Below are positions 56,406 through 64,000 of a stretch of 64,000 nt of DNA, one piece after another (position 1 is the stretch's first letter; each line of letters starts with the position of its first letter). Source of the stretch: an uncultured Acidimicrobiaceae bacterium. Lineage in GTDB: Bacteria > Actinomycetota > Acidimicrobiia > Acidimicrobiales > Bog-793. The translations under genes were made by a program, and so were the position numbers. The DNA lies in assembly GCA_963849105.1 (NCBI GenBank), contig CAWKGD010000005.1, positions 75,269 through 139,268 on the forward strand, read 5' to 3'. The notes under the pieces were generated by a model. The model searched no databases. It was not told where the DNA came from and saw nothing but the letters and a program-made list of their open reading frames with translations.

Positions 56406-57943
56406 TCGACCTCCTCGCGGAGCCAGCTGCCCGTCGACTCGACGATTGAGCGCGCTTGTCCGTCACGAAGCCGCGTTGTGATCGTCGCACCCGACTTCAG
56501 GCCGGCGACGCTTCGCAGGAGCGTCCCGTCCGGGGCGAATGTCAAGCTCCAGCCACGCTCGAGCTGGCGTGCTGGGTCATACGCGCGGAGAAGAAGGCGG
56601 CGACGGTGCATCTCGCGCTCGTCGTTTTGCAGCACACGCGAAGTCGCGGATCCGACGGTCGCGCGCGACTGGGCGAGGCCAGACGCGCCACGTACGATCG
56701 CGGACGCGACACCCCGGGCCAGTGCCACCCGGGCGCGGGCGTTCGCGTCGGCTTTCCAGTCGAGTTCGTGACGGACGATACGTGCGAGTGCGCTCGTCGA
56801 GGCCGTGAGCGCGTTCGTTGCCTCGGCGAGTTTGGCGGAAACGATCCGGGTGATCTCATACGCGCTCGTCGCGATCGCGCCGTAGTACTCCGCGACCCGG
56901 CCGACCACGGCCTCGCCGCACTTGGTCGGCGTGATGAGCGATTGGTTTGCGACCTCGTCCGCGACGGAATGGTCTCCCGTGTGACCAATCCCGGTCCAAA
57001 CAGGGAACGGCGCCGTTGCAATCGCGCGCGCGACTTCCTCCGAGTCGAACGCGGCGAGATCGCCACGCGATCCTCCGCCGCGCACGACGACTGCGAGATC
57101 GATCGTCGCGTCGCGTAGTCGATGCAACGCCGCTGCGACCTGGACCGGCGCCTCCGGTCCCTGGACGAGGCTCGGTTCGAGGACGACCGTGAAGGCGAAA
57201 CCGCAGCGTTCGAGCTGACCGGTGAAGTCGTTGTGGCCCTCTGATCCGGGGCTCGTGACGAGTCCGATCCGCAAAGGGACAAGTGGGATCTCGAGCTTGC
57301 GGTTCGCTTCGAGGAGACCCTCGGCTTCAAGCGCCGCGAGAAGCTTGCGCCGCGCCGCGGCGATTCCACCGAGCAGCGACGCGATATCGATCTCTGTCAG
57401 GGTGAAGCGAATCTTGCTACCGCCCTCCCAAATCGACACCCGGCCGCGGACGCGCACGACGCGACCGGGCTCGAGCGAAACCCGCGCCTCCGCAAGCTGC
57501 GCTCGGACACGCGGCCACTCACGCGCCCAGCACGCCACCTCGAGTTGGGCGGCGGTCTTGCGTTCGGTGCCCTCGTCGGCGAGCTCGATGTAGTGGTGAC
57601 CCTTGCTCTCCCGGATCGAGCGGATCTCGCCGACGATCCAGATATCGTCGGCGAACTCGGCTAAGAGCACCTGACGCACCCGGCCGTAGAACTGGGCGAT
57701 CGAAAGCGCCGGCGGGATTTCGCGCGCGTCGTCCTCCGATGAGGCTTCCTCGCCTGTGGCCACGCGCCGCGGTGTCGGGCGCTTCCGCGCGCGGCCATTG
57801 ACCGCCTCGCGCCGCTCTTCGGCGCGCTTCGACGCGGCAAGAGCTGCCTCGATCTTTTGCTTCAACAGCGCGCTCTCGTCGGGAATCGTGGTGATCGCCG
57901 AGAAATCAAGCTGCTCGCCTTGGTTCACACCCTCAGACATCAC
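56402..57943 (-). CDS. xseA: Exodeoxyribonuclease VII large subunit
   Basis: SIAQFYGRVRQVL...IWIVGEIRSIRESKGHHYIELAD...IGLVTSPGSEGHNDF...VVRGGGSRGDLAAFD. The ~75-aa charged N-terminal extension makes the start uncertain. Confidence 0.88.
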   Translation of the reverse strand: MMSEGVNQGEQLDFSAITTIPDESALLKQKIEAALAASKRAEERREAVNGRARKRPTPRRVATGEEASSEDDAREIPPALSIAQFYGRVRQVLLAEFADDIWIVGEIRSIRESKGHHYIELADEGTERKTAAQLEVACWAREWPRVRAQLAEARVSLEPGRVVRVRGRVSIWEGGSKIRFTLTEIDIASLLGGIAAARRKLLAALEAEGLLEANRKLEIPLVPLRIGLVTSPGSEGHNDFTGQLERCGFAFTVVLEPSLVQGPEAPVQVAAALHRLRDATIDLAVVVRGGGSRGDLAAFDSEEVARAIATAPFPVWTGIGHTGDHSVADEVANQSLITPTKCGEAVVGRVAEYYGAIATSAYEITRIVSAKLAEATNALTASTSALARIVRHELDWKADANARARVALARGVASAIVRGASGLAQSRATVGSATSRVLQNDEREMHRRRLLLRAYDPARQLERGWSLTFAPDGTLLRSVAGLKSGATITTRLRDGQARSIVESTGSWLREEVE

Positions 57944-58021
57944 AAATCGAGGCTACTTGCGCAGGTCGCGGACCTCGCGGAGCTCTGCGCCGCGTGTTCG
58001 GCTCTTCATGGGAGAATGGCT

Positions 58022-58366
58022 GCGTGGCGAGTCGGCCGGGTGGTCGCGGACGGGACTTTGTTCCGTTCGAGGAAGGTCGGGACTCCGCAGGGCAGGGTGC
58101 TGGCTAACGGCCAGTCGGGGCGACCCGAAGGAAAGTGCAACAGAAAGCAGACCGCCGATGGCCTTCGGGCACAGGCAAGGGTGAAATGGTGCGGTAAGAG
58201 CGCACCAGCGACCGGGGTGACTCGGTCGGCTCGGTAAACCCCACCCGGAGCAAGGCCAAGCGTGGGACGGGCTGCCCGCCCAAGGTCCCCAGGTAGGCCG
58301 CATAGATGGATGGCCACCCCCCGGGTTTCGGGGACAGAATCCCGCCTACAGGCCGACTCGCCGCAC
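58022..58366 (+). ncRNA. rnpB: RNase P RNA, bacterial type A
   Basis: GAGGAAGGUCGGGACUCC...GGGUGCUGGCUAACGGCCAG...GAAAGUGCAACAGAAAGC...GGGUGAAAUGGUGCGGUAAGAGCGCACCAGC...GGUAAACCCCACCCGGAGCAAGGCCAAG...ACAGAAUCCCGCCUACAGGCCGACUCGCC. P1 pairs GUGGCGAGUCGGCC with GGCCGACUCGCCGC. Ends are good to about 3 nt. Confidence 0.92.
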
Positions 58367-58370
58367 CGAC

Positions 58371-58410
58371 CTGCTCAGATGATCAGAAATGGCTTCTGAG
58401 CAGGATTTTA
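58371..58410 (+). terminator. Hairpin plus U-tract immediately after rnpB
   Basis: CTGCTCAG (58371-58378) pairs with CTGAGCAG (58396-58403) and is followed by GATTTTA. The loop is long (17 nt). Confidence 0.45.
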
Positions 58411-58802
58411 GCTTGTCACTACATCGCAGTAGTTTGCAGCGTTTCGCGGTCTCTCGTGGCCAAATCGCGGCCAACTATCCAAGTGCGCGTCGGGGAGACA
58501 ATGTGACGCTGCGGAGGGATGGCAGAGCGGGCCGCATAAACCCTTGTTCGAGTAATTGAACCGAATTACTGCGGCTGCTCGATCGCGCGCCGACTACACG
58601 GTTGGGGCCTCAACGGCCACGAAATAAGGCCCTCGGGAGCGTCCCGTGGAGGGAACGACACCTATGGCCAAGAGACCTACCAGCGCGGCCGGTTCTCACC
58701 CTCAACCCCGGCTCTTCGGTGCGGGCTTACCCCCGAGGACCCGAGACAAACGCTACGCCGCGCTGGATCGGCCGAAAAGGAGATTGTCCAACCGGCCGCT
58801 AA

Positions 58803-58994
58803 TCAGCCTTCGCCGCCCAGCTCCTCGTCGTCATCGTCCGGCGGCTTCGGCGTGCGAGGTGCCTCGATTATCGGCTTGTAGTCGTGCGGTGGCACGTTCG
58901 GATCGCTAACGCCGAACTGCGCAGGCTTGAACGTAGGAGGCGGCGACTCGGATTCGACGGGTCGTCGCTTGAACAGACGCCGCAGGAACTTCAC
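58803..58994 (-). CDS. Small Pro-rich hypothetical protein with an acidic tail
   Basis: 63 aa: (V)KFLRRLFKRRPVESESPPPTFKP...PKPPDDDDEELGGEG. Third-position GC is high in this frame. No clear RBS. Confidence 0.3.
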   Translation of the reverse strand: MKFLRRLFKRRPVESESPPPTFKPAQFGVSDPNVPPHDYKPIIEAPRTPKPPDDDDEELGGEG

Positions 58995-59081
58995 TCCGGC
59001 TCAGAGTAATAGGAACCAGGGGATGCCCCACTTGGCGCACCCAGCCATCACCGGGCCGTCGTCCGACGTAGCCTCCGACTC

Positions 59082-59480
59082 ATGGACCTGGATACTGCCT
59101 TCATCTGTCGGGGCATCAAGCGACTGCCCATGAACATGATCGACGCCACGGGCATCGGCTTTGACACGATTCAGCCAAATGACGGGCGGTTTCCTCACAG
59201 CACCGTCGTTCCCCTCTACATCCGTGTTTCCGGAGAGCCCGGCGACAATGTCGCCCACGTGGTTGTCCGCCTGACGAACGTTGAGGGCAACACGATCGCC
59301 GAATCCCTCAATGAGGTCGCTTTCCACGACGAACCCAGTATCCCGAACGGTCTGCCGATCCTCGGTCACGAGGTCTTTGAACTGGGATTGACCTTCGGTA
59401 ACCCTGGTGCTTACGCCTTGCGAGTTTCCCTCGCCGAAAGCCGAGAAATCGTGATTCCGATCTTCGCCAAGGCGCTCTGA
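59082..59480 (+). CDS. Hypothetical protein (beta-rich, unknown family)
   Basis: ...MNMIDATGIGFDTIQPNDGRFPHSTVVPLYIRVSGEPGDNVAHVVVRLTNVEGNTIAE...GAYALRVSLAESREIVIPIF. Third-position GC clearly favours the + frame over the overlapping 173-aa minus ORF. The start may be ATG 59130. Confidence 0.5.
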   Translation: MDLDTAFICRGIKRLPMNMIDATGIGFDTIQPNDGRFPHSTVVPLYIRVSGEPGDNVAHVVVRLTNVEGNTIAESLNEVAFHDEPSIPNGLPILGHEVFELGLTFGNPGAYALRVSLAESREIVIPIFAKAL

Positions 59481-59588
59481 CTGGCGGTAATAGCCGCTCT
59501 GAATTGTTGCCTTCTCGGGCACCTAAATCACACTCCTGTATTTTCCCATTTCAGGGGCACTGATACACCCATTTGCGACAATGGGACC

Positions 59589-60544
59589 ATGGAAATCAGC
59601 CTTCCGACCTTGGCAAACAGGATTCCTACCGAGGCCGCTGCCTACGAACTTCTTGAGGAAATCCGCTGGCACGGGAAGCCTGTTTGCCCCCATTGCGGAA
59701 GCACCGAAAGGCACTATTTCCTGAAGCCTCGCAACGGAATGGGGCGGGAAACTTCGACCGGCGGTTGACTCAGCGGCGTCTCTGGAAGTGCTCGCAATGC
59801 CGCAAGCAATTCAGCGTGCTTACGGGAACCGTCATGCACGGAAGCAAGATTCCCGTTCGCACTTGGCTGTTCGTCGCCTTTGAGTTTGCTAGCTCCAAGA
59901 ACGGCGTTTCGGCTCGCGAGATCGAGCGGAAATACAAGCTGCACACGGACACGGCGTGGACGCTTTGCCACCGCCTTCGCGAAGCAATGCGCCTTGGCCC
60001 CTACGGCGCGTTGCTCACTACCAATGTCGTCGTTGCCGACGAGACCTACATCGGTGGCAGCCCCAAGAATCGCCACGCCAACGATCCGCGTACACGCGGG
60101 CTGGGTCGCAATACTGGCAGGACTCTGGTTCTCTCGCTCATTGATGGTAAAGGAACCGCTGTTCGTTCCAAGATTCTTGAGCACGCGAGCATCGCTGAAC
60201 TGGGCGCTGCCATCGCCGAGAACACTGACATGGCGACTACGGAGCTTCACTCCGACAAGTGGCCTCCCTACGAGGAAATCGGAAAGCTGATGGCTGCTCA
60301 GCACGCGGTCGACCACGGAGCTGGCGAGTACGTCACTGAAAAGTCGAGTGCGACCAACAAAGCAGAGAACTACTTTTCGCAATTGAAGAGGTCGCTTGAC
60401 GGTACGCATCATCACGTCAGTCGCACCTACTTGCACCGCTACCTTGCGGAGTTCGACTACCGATTTTCCACGCGGGAGATGACCGATAGCGCACGCATGG
60501 AACGACTGATTGCACAATCCGCGGGACGGAGGTTGGTTGCCTAG
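59589..60544 (+). mobile_element. IS1595-family (ISXO2-like) transposase gene, frameshifted between the Zn-ribbon and the DDE domain; IS ends not identified
   Basis: Frame 1 reads MEISLPTLANRIPTEAAAYELLEEIRWHGKPVCPHCGSTERHYFLKPRNGMGRETSTGG*. The +1 frame continues ...RRLWKCSQCRKQFSVLTGTVMHGSKIPVRTWLFVAF...VVADETYIGG...LHSDKWPPY...NKAENYFSQLKRSLDGTHHHVSRTYLHRYLAEFDYRF. Confidence 0.8.
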
Positions 60545-60804
60545 TCGTCATCGTCTAGCCCCAAATCCCGCAGGTGTTTCTGCTCTATCGCTTTCCGCTC
60601 TATCGCTTCTAGCTCGATAGCACCCACGCGAATATTTGGCAGCGGGTGCTTGCGGTGATCATCGAACCAAATTGAAATGCTCAGGACTACCGCGCCAAAC
60701 AGGAACGCAATCCCGACAAAAAACAGGACCAGAGCTTGTGTGTGGGTCATGCCGATCATATGCGGCAGCGCGATTCCGGCGACAGCGCACCCATACGCCA
60801 CCAT
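60541..60804 (-). CDS. Small membrane protein with an acidic C-terminus
   Basis: ...THTQALVLFFVGIAFLFGAVVLSISIWFDDHRKHP...IELEAIERKAIEQKHLRDLGLDDDD. Its stop overlaps the transposase stop in a shared CTAG. Confidence 0.45.
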   Translation of the reverse strand: MVAYGCAVAGIALPHMIGMTHTQALVLFFVGIAFLFGAVVLSISIWFDDHRKHPLPNIRVGAIELEAIERKAIEQKHLRDLGLDDDD

Positions 60805-60850
60805 GTCGCCCCTGGCCGCCCGCTTATGGTGGGCTGTGATTGAGCGGAAC

Positions 60851-61070
60851 CTACGGAGCGTCGTCGTCCTTTTCGTCTGTCCCGTTCTGGTCCTCTTGCG
60901 GTGGGGAACTCACTAGCGCCTCGACAACATCCTCGAATGTTGTCCCCTCTGGGGCGACGATTCTCTCGTCCATCTCTTCGGGCGTCGGGTGCTTCTCGAC
61001 CACGGTCCCGGTCCCATCTAGGCGCTTGCCCGTAGGGGTCTGGGGTTTCCGTCTCAGAGCCATACGCCTC
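60851..61070 (-). pseudogene. 3' fragment (72 codons) of a small membrane-protein gene split by the IS3-family insertion
   Basis: ...RRMALRRKPQTPTGKRLDGTGTVVEKHPTPEEMDERIVAPEGTTFEDVVEALVSSPPQEDQNGTDEKDDDAP*. It joins in frame to fragment 63819-63910 once the IS and one CTC copy are removed. Confidence 0.6.
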
Positions 61071-61143
61071 CAAAGTGAGCTTCCCCCGGTTTGACGGACA
61101 CCTACCCTGAGGCGGGCGATGCCCTCCTCAGAAAGGAGTCCGG

Positions 61144-61434
61144 ATGCCACGTCCGCATCCACCGGAGTTCCGCAGTCGCGCCATCGAGCTCGCCCGTGAA
61201 GGAGCGAAGCCGATCGCGAAGATCGCCGAGGATCTCGGGATCTCCGAGTCGTGCCTTCGCAACTGGCTCAACCAGGCCGACATCGACGAGGGCAAGCGTG
61301 AAGGGCTTTCGACCGAAGAGCGCAACGAGCTCTCCCGTCTCCGTCGTGAGAACCGCGTCTTGAAGATGGAAAAGGAGATCCTGGGAAAAGCCGCGGCCTT
61401 CTTCGCCAACGAGAGCAACTACCGCTCGCGCTGA
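61144..61434 (+). CDS. IS3-family transposase OrfA (HTH plus leucine zipper)
   Basis: MPRPHPPEFRSRAIELAREGAKPIAKIAEDLGISESCLRNWLNQ...LSRLRRENRVLKMEKEILGKAAAFFANES. AAGGAG RBS. Confidence 0.9.
   Translation: MPRPHPPEFRSRAIELAREGAKPIAKIAEDLGISESCLRNWLNQADIDEGKREGLSTEERNELSRLRRENRVLKMEKEILGKAAAFFANESNYRSR
61383..61389 (+). promoter_or_regulatory. Candidate -1 programmed ribosomal frameshift heptamer G GGA AAA near the end of orfA
   Basis: It fits X XXY YYZ in the orfA frame (CTG GGA AAA GCC). The -1 frame is open from here (GKSRGLLRQREQLPLALTFAFIEAEKANYPVV...) into orfB. Confidence 0.55.
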
Positions 61435-62036
61435 CCTTCGCCTTCATCGAGGCGGAGAAGGCGAACTACCCGGTGGTCGTCTTGTGTCGAACCCTCCAGG
61501 TGTCGACGTCGGGCTTTTATGACTGGCGGGCACGTCTTGTGCACCCCTCTCGCCGTCAGATGACCGACGAGTTCTTGACCGAGCTCATCAAACAGATCCA
61601 CGACGCCTCCCGGCGAACCTATGGCTCGCCGCGCGTCCATGCCGAGCTGCGATTAGGCGAGGGCATCCACGTCGGTGAAAAGCGCGTCGCCCGCTTGATG
61701 CGCACGGCCGGCATCGAGGGGATCTATCGCCGCCGACACAGAAAGGGAACGACGAGGCGCGATCCTCGTCACCAGTCACAAGATGACCTCGTCTGCCGAC
61801 AGTTCAGCGTCGAGCGTCCCGATGCCCTCTGGGTGGGCGACGTCACCGAGCATCCGACGGTGGAGGGCAAGGTCTATCTGGCGACGGTGCTCGACGCGTA
61901 CTCCAGACGAGTGATCGGCTGGTCGATCGCCGATCATCTGCGCACCGAGCTCGTCGTCGACGCATTGCAGATGGCGATCTGGCGACGGAACGACCGGTCA
62001 GATCAGACGGTGATGCACACCGACCACGGATCCCAA
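61383..62036 (+). pseudogene. IS3-family OrfB (DDE integrase core), 5' part, interrupted after HTDHGSQ by the IS30-family element
   Basis: ...FYDWRARL...RRTYGSPRVHAELRLGEGIHVGEKRVARLMR...LWVGDVTEHPT...YLATVLDAYSRRVIGWSIA...VMHTDHGSQ, then foreign sequence. Confidence 0.85.
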
Positions 62037-63485
62037 GGTGAAATCAATTGGTCGTCGCAACACCTCGATGCGGAGGTGTGCGGATGGGACGACGACCAGG
62101 ATGGGCTGAGGTTGCAACTGGGAGGCCGCCAATGCGATCGCCCGGTCGCCCGTCTGTCGCCCGGCGAGAGGATCGCCAGCGCTTCTGGGCGGCGATCGCA
62201 CGCGGACTGTCGAGCGAGGACGCCGCTTCGGAAGTCGGTGCGTCGCGGCCGGTCGGCACTCGTTGGTTTCGCGAGGGTGGCGGCATGCCCACGGTCACCC
62301 AGGCTCCGCTTTCGGGACGCTACCTGTCGTTCGCTGATCGGGAAGAGATCGCGATCTTGAACGCCCGCGCGCTCGGCGTCCGGCAGATTGCTCGACAGCT
62401 CGGCCGTTCACCGTCGACGATCTCGCGAGAACTGCGCCGCAACGCCGCGACGCGCGGCGGCCACCTCGACTACCGGGCGACGAACGCACAGTGGCACGCC
62501 GACTTGCGCACCAGACGCCCGAAGCCGTCGAAGCTCGCAACGAACGCCGAGCTCCGTCGCTACGTCGAGGATCGCCTCGCCGGCGTGATCACGAAGCCGG
62601 ACGGCAGTGGCCTGCCCGGCCCGGGCTTTCGTTGGATCGGACGGCGCCACGGACCGAGAAAGGACCGGCGCTGGGCGAGGTCATGGAGCCCGGAGCAGAT
62701 CGCGAACCGGCTCCTAGTCGATTTCCCCGATGATGGGACGATGCGGATCTCGCATGAGGCGATCTATCAGGCGCTCTACGTGCAAGGCCGCGGAGCGCTG
62801 CGGCGTGAGCTCTCCGCATGCCTTCGCACCGGACGGGCGCTACGCGTCCCGAGGGAACGGACCCGCGGCCACGGCAAGAAGTTCGTTACCGACGAGATCA
62901 TGATCAGCGAGCGACCCGCGGAAGCCGACGATCGAGCTGTCCCCGGCCACTGGGAGGGCGACCTCATCTTGGGTCTCCGCAGTTCTGCGATCGGCACGCT
63001 CGTCGAGCGCACCACTCGCTTCACGATGCTCTTGCACTTGCCGCCGATGCAGGACCACGGCGTGCCGAGGAAGAAGAACGGCCCTCCGCTCGCCGGTCAT
63101 GGGGCAGAGGCCGTGCGTGACGCGATCGCTGCTGCCATCACGACATTGCCCTCCGAGTTGCGTCGGTCCCTCACTTGGGACCAGGGCGCCGAGATGTCCC
63201 AGCACGCGAAGCTCACGATCGACACCGGCATCGATGTTTACTTTTGCGATCCGCAAAGTCCCTGGCAACGCGGGACCAACGAGAACACAAACGGTCTGCT
63301 GCGTCAGTACTTCCCGAAGGGGACCGACCTCTCCCGCCACAACGCCGAGGATCTCGCGGCGGTTGCTGCTGCACTGAATGGTCGACCGCGAAAGACGCTC
63401 GGTTGGAAGACCCCCGCTGAGGCGCTGAACACGTTCCTATGCTCAGTTCAACAAGACAGCGTTGCGACGACTCCTTGAACCTGGG
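62037..63485 (+). mobile_element. IS30-family insertion sequence (1449 bp), apparently intact, nested inside IS3 orfB with a CAA target duplication
   Basis: IRL GGTGAAATCAATTGGTCGTCGCAAC against the reverse complement of IRR, CCCAGGTTCAAGGAGTCGTCGCAAC (shared TCAA..GTCGTCGCAAC). This resembles the remembered IS30 IR ...ATTCAATTGGTCAACGCAAC. CAA occurs at 62034-62036 and 63486-63488. The transposase stop lies inside IRR. Confidence 0.85.
62132..63478 (+). CDS. IS30-family transposase
   Basis: MRSPGRPSVARREDRQRFWAAIARGLSSEDAA...REEIAILNARALGVRQIARQLGRSPSTISRELRRN...VPGHWEGDLI...LTWDQGAEM...FCDPQSPWQRGTNENTNGLLRQYFPKG. GGGAGG lies 6 nt before the ATG. Confidence 0.92.
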   Translation: MRSPGRPSVARREDRQRFWAAIARGLSSEDAASEVGASRPVGTRWFREGGGMPTVTQAPLSGRYLSFADREEIAILNARALGVRQIARQLGRSPSTISRELRRNAATRGGHLDYRATNAQWHADLRTRRPKPSKLATNAELRRYVEDRLAGVITKPDGSGLPGPGFRWIGRRHGPRKDRRWARSWSPEQIANRLLVDFPDDGTMRISHEAIYQALYVQGRGALRRELSACLRTGRALRVPRERTRGHGKKFVTDEIMISERPAEADDRAVPGHWEGDLILGLRSSAIGTLVERTTRFTMLLHLPPMQDHGVPRKKNGPPLAGHGAEAVRDAIAAAITTLPSELRRSLTWDQGAEMSQHAKLTIDTGIDVYFCDPQSPWQRGTNENTNGLLRQYFPKGTDLSRHNAEDLAAVAAALNGRPRKTLGWKTPAEALNTFLCSVQQDSVATTP

Positions 63486-63488
63486 CAA

Positions 63489-63773
63489 TACACGTCCTGG
63501 GCATTTGGAAGACGCCTTCGTTCGGCGGGCATTCTCGGGTCGATGGGCACGATCGGCGACGCGTTCGACAACGCGATGGCGGAGAGCTTCTTCGGCACAC
63601 TCCAGCTCGAGCTGCTCGACCGCCACACCTGGGCGACGCGCCGTGAGCTCGCGAATGCGATCTTCGAGTACATCGAGGCCTTCTACAACCCGCGCAGACG
63701 ACACTCCTCGATCGGCGATCTCAGTCCCGTCGAATTCGAATCCCGCTACACCGACGCCGCAATCGCGGCATGA
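63489..63773 (+). pseudogene. IS3-family OrfB, 3' part (resumes in frame after the IS30 insertion)
   Basis: YTSWAFGRRLRSAGILGSMGTIGDAFDNAMAESFFGTLQLELL...FYNPRRRHSSIGDLSPVEFE. Together with the 5' part it restores the conserved DHGSQYTS and the DDE glutamate region. Confidence 0.85.
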
Positions 63774-63818
63774 TCACCACAGCCAACCTGTCCGGAGAAG
63801 CGGGGGAAGCTCAGTTTG

Positions 63819-63910
63819 CTCTTGTTCCACCAAAAGAAGCTGCCTCTGCGCACCTTGAATGCAACGCTCAATGCCACCAAAGCGATCACACAGAACACGA
63901 AAATGTTCAC
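63819..63910 (-). pseudogene. 5' fragment (30 codons plus 2 nt) of the small membrane-protein gene split by IS3
   Basis: GGGAGG followed by 6 nt and a GTG: VNIFVFCVIALVALSVAFKVRRGSFFWWNK. The reading frame then runs into the IS3 right end. Confidence 0.5.
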
Positions 63911-64000
63911 CTGTTTGCCTCCCGACGTGCGAAACGGCTCAGAAGAGGCATCGGGCCTGCACGTGGTGGCAACCTGCGCGGTCGCCCGCCCAAACAAGGC

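Larger units (their letters stand above)
61071..63818 (+). mobile_element. IS3-family insertion sequence (about 1296 bp without the nested element), flanked by a 3-bp CTC target duplication
   Basis: IRL CAAAGTGAGCTTCCCCCGGTTTGACGGACACCT against the reverse complement of IRR, CAAACTGAGCTTCCCCCGCTTCTCCGGACAGGT (25/33 identical). CTC occurs at 61068-61070 and 63819-63821. The orfA/orfB organisation is present. Confidence 0.85.

Noticed and set aside
59001-59522. 173-aa minus-strand ORF
   Set aside because: The overlapping plus-strand frame (59082-59480) has a much stronger third-position GC bias and a more globular-looking sequence. The minus frame is Asp/Gly/Val-rich mirror sequence.
60582-60620. 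Direct repeats GCTCTATCGCTT (two copies 3 bp apart), considered as a mini CRISPR, iteron or IS end
   Set aside because: There are only two copies, they lie inside the small minus-strand gene, and they simply encode the repeated peptide IELEAIERKAIEQ.
59481-60700. Terminal inverted repeats for the IS1595-family element
   Set aside because: Comparing the 110 bp before the transposase start with the reverse complement of the 110 bp after its stop gave only 4-6-nt coincidences (for example ATTT..GGGGC). No ends are reported.
60756-61073. 105-aa minus-strand ORF (MEAYGSETETPDPYGQAPRWDRDRGRE...)
   Set aside because: It is an Arg-rich off-frame reading of the genuine 3' fragment 60851-61070. It does not join in frame to the upstream fragment across the IS3 target site.

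Overview
This is a high-GC actinobacterial chromosomal window with about 60 protein genes, mostly core metabolism and envelope functions. It carries three stable-RNA genes: tmRNA (8491-8847), tRNA-Val(GAC) (46465-46538, minus strand) and RNase P RNA (~58022-58366). The left third reproduces mycobacterial-type synteny (mec-cysO-cysM, murI, rph, rdgB), followed by smpB-ssrA. The extreme left edge carries the 5' part of nrdJ. That gene is missing from the ORF track, is interrupted by an intein at its active-site Cys, and is preceded by NrdR-box-like palindromes. The centre holds a fused-subunit 2-oxoacid:ferredoxin oxidoreductase, galK-galE-galT, pfkA, pirin, ald and gdhA. The most system-like unexplained locus is a tightly coupled five-gene minus-strand operon (35480-41487): wecB, a polytopic membrane protein, a processive GT2 synthase, a membrane-anchored bactofilin-like beta-helix protein and a 613-aa secreted protein. 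I read it as a candidate uncharacterised synthase-dependent exopolysaccharide system. Two lower-GC accessory patches sit next to stable-RNA genes. One is a decayed ~4.8-kb island at tRNA-Val (integrase remnant, frameshifted GT1, csp, orphan ORFs). The other is an IS-riddled zone after rnpB, with a frameshifted IS1595-family transposase and an IS3-family element that has an intact IS30-family element nested in its orfB. The IS3 copy splits a small membrane-protein gene, which can be rebuilt in frame across a 3-bp target duplication. I saw no CRISPR array, rRNA, or recognisable defence or toxin-antitoxin system. All functional calls come from motif recognition by eye and remembered family signatures; no database search was possible.
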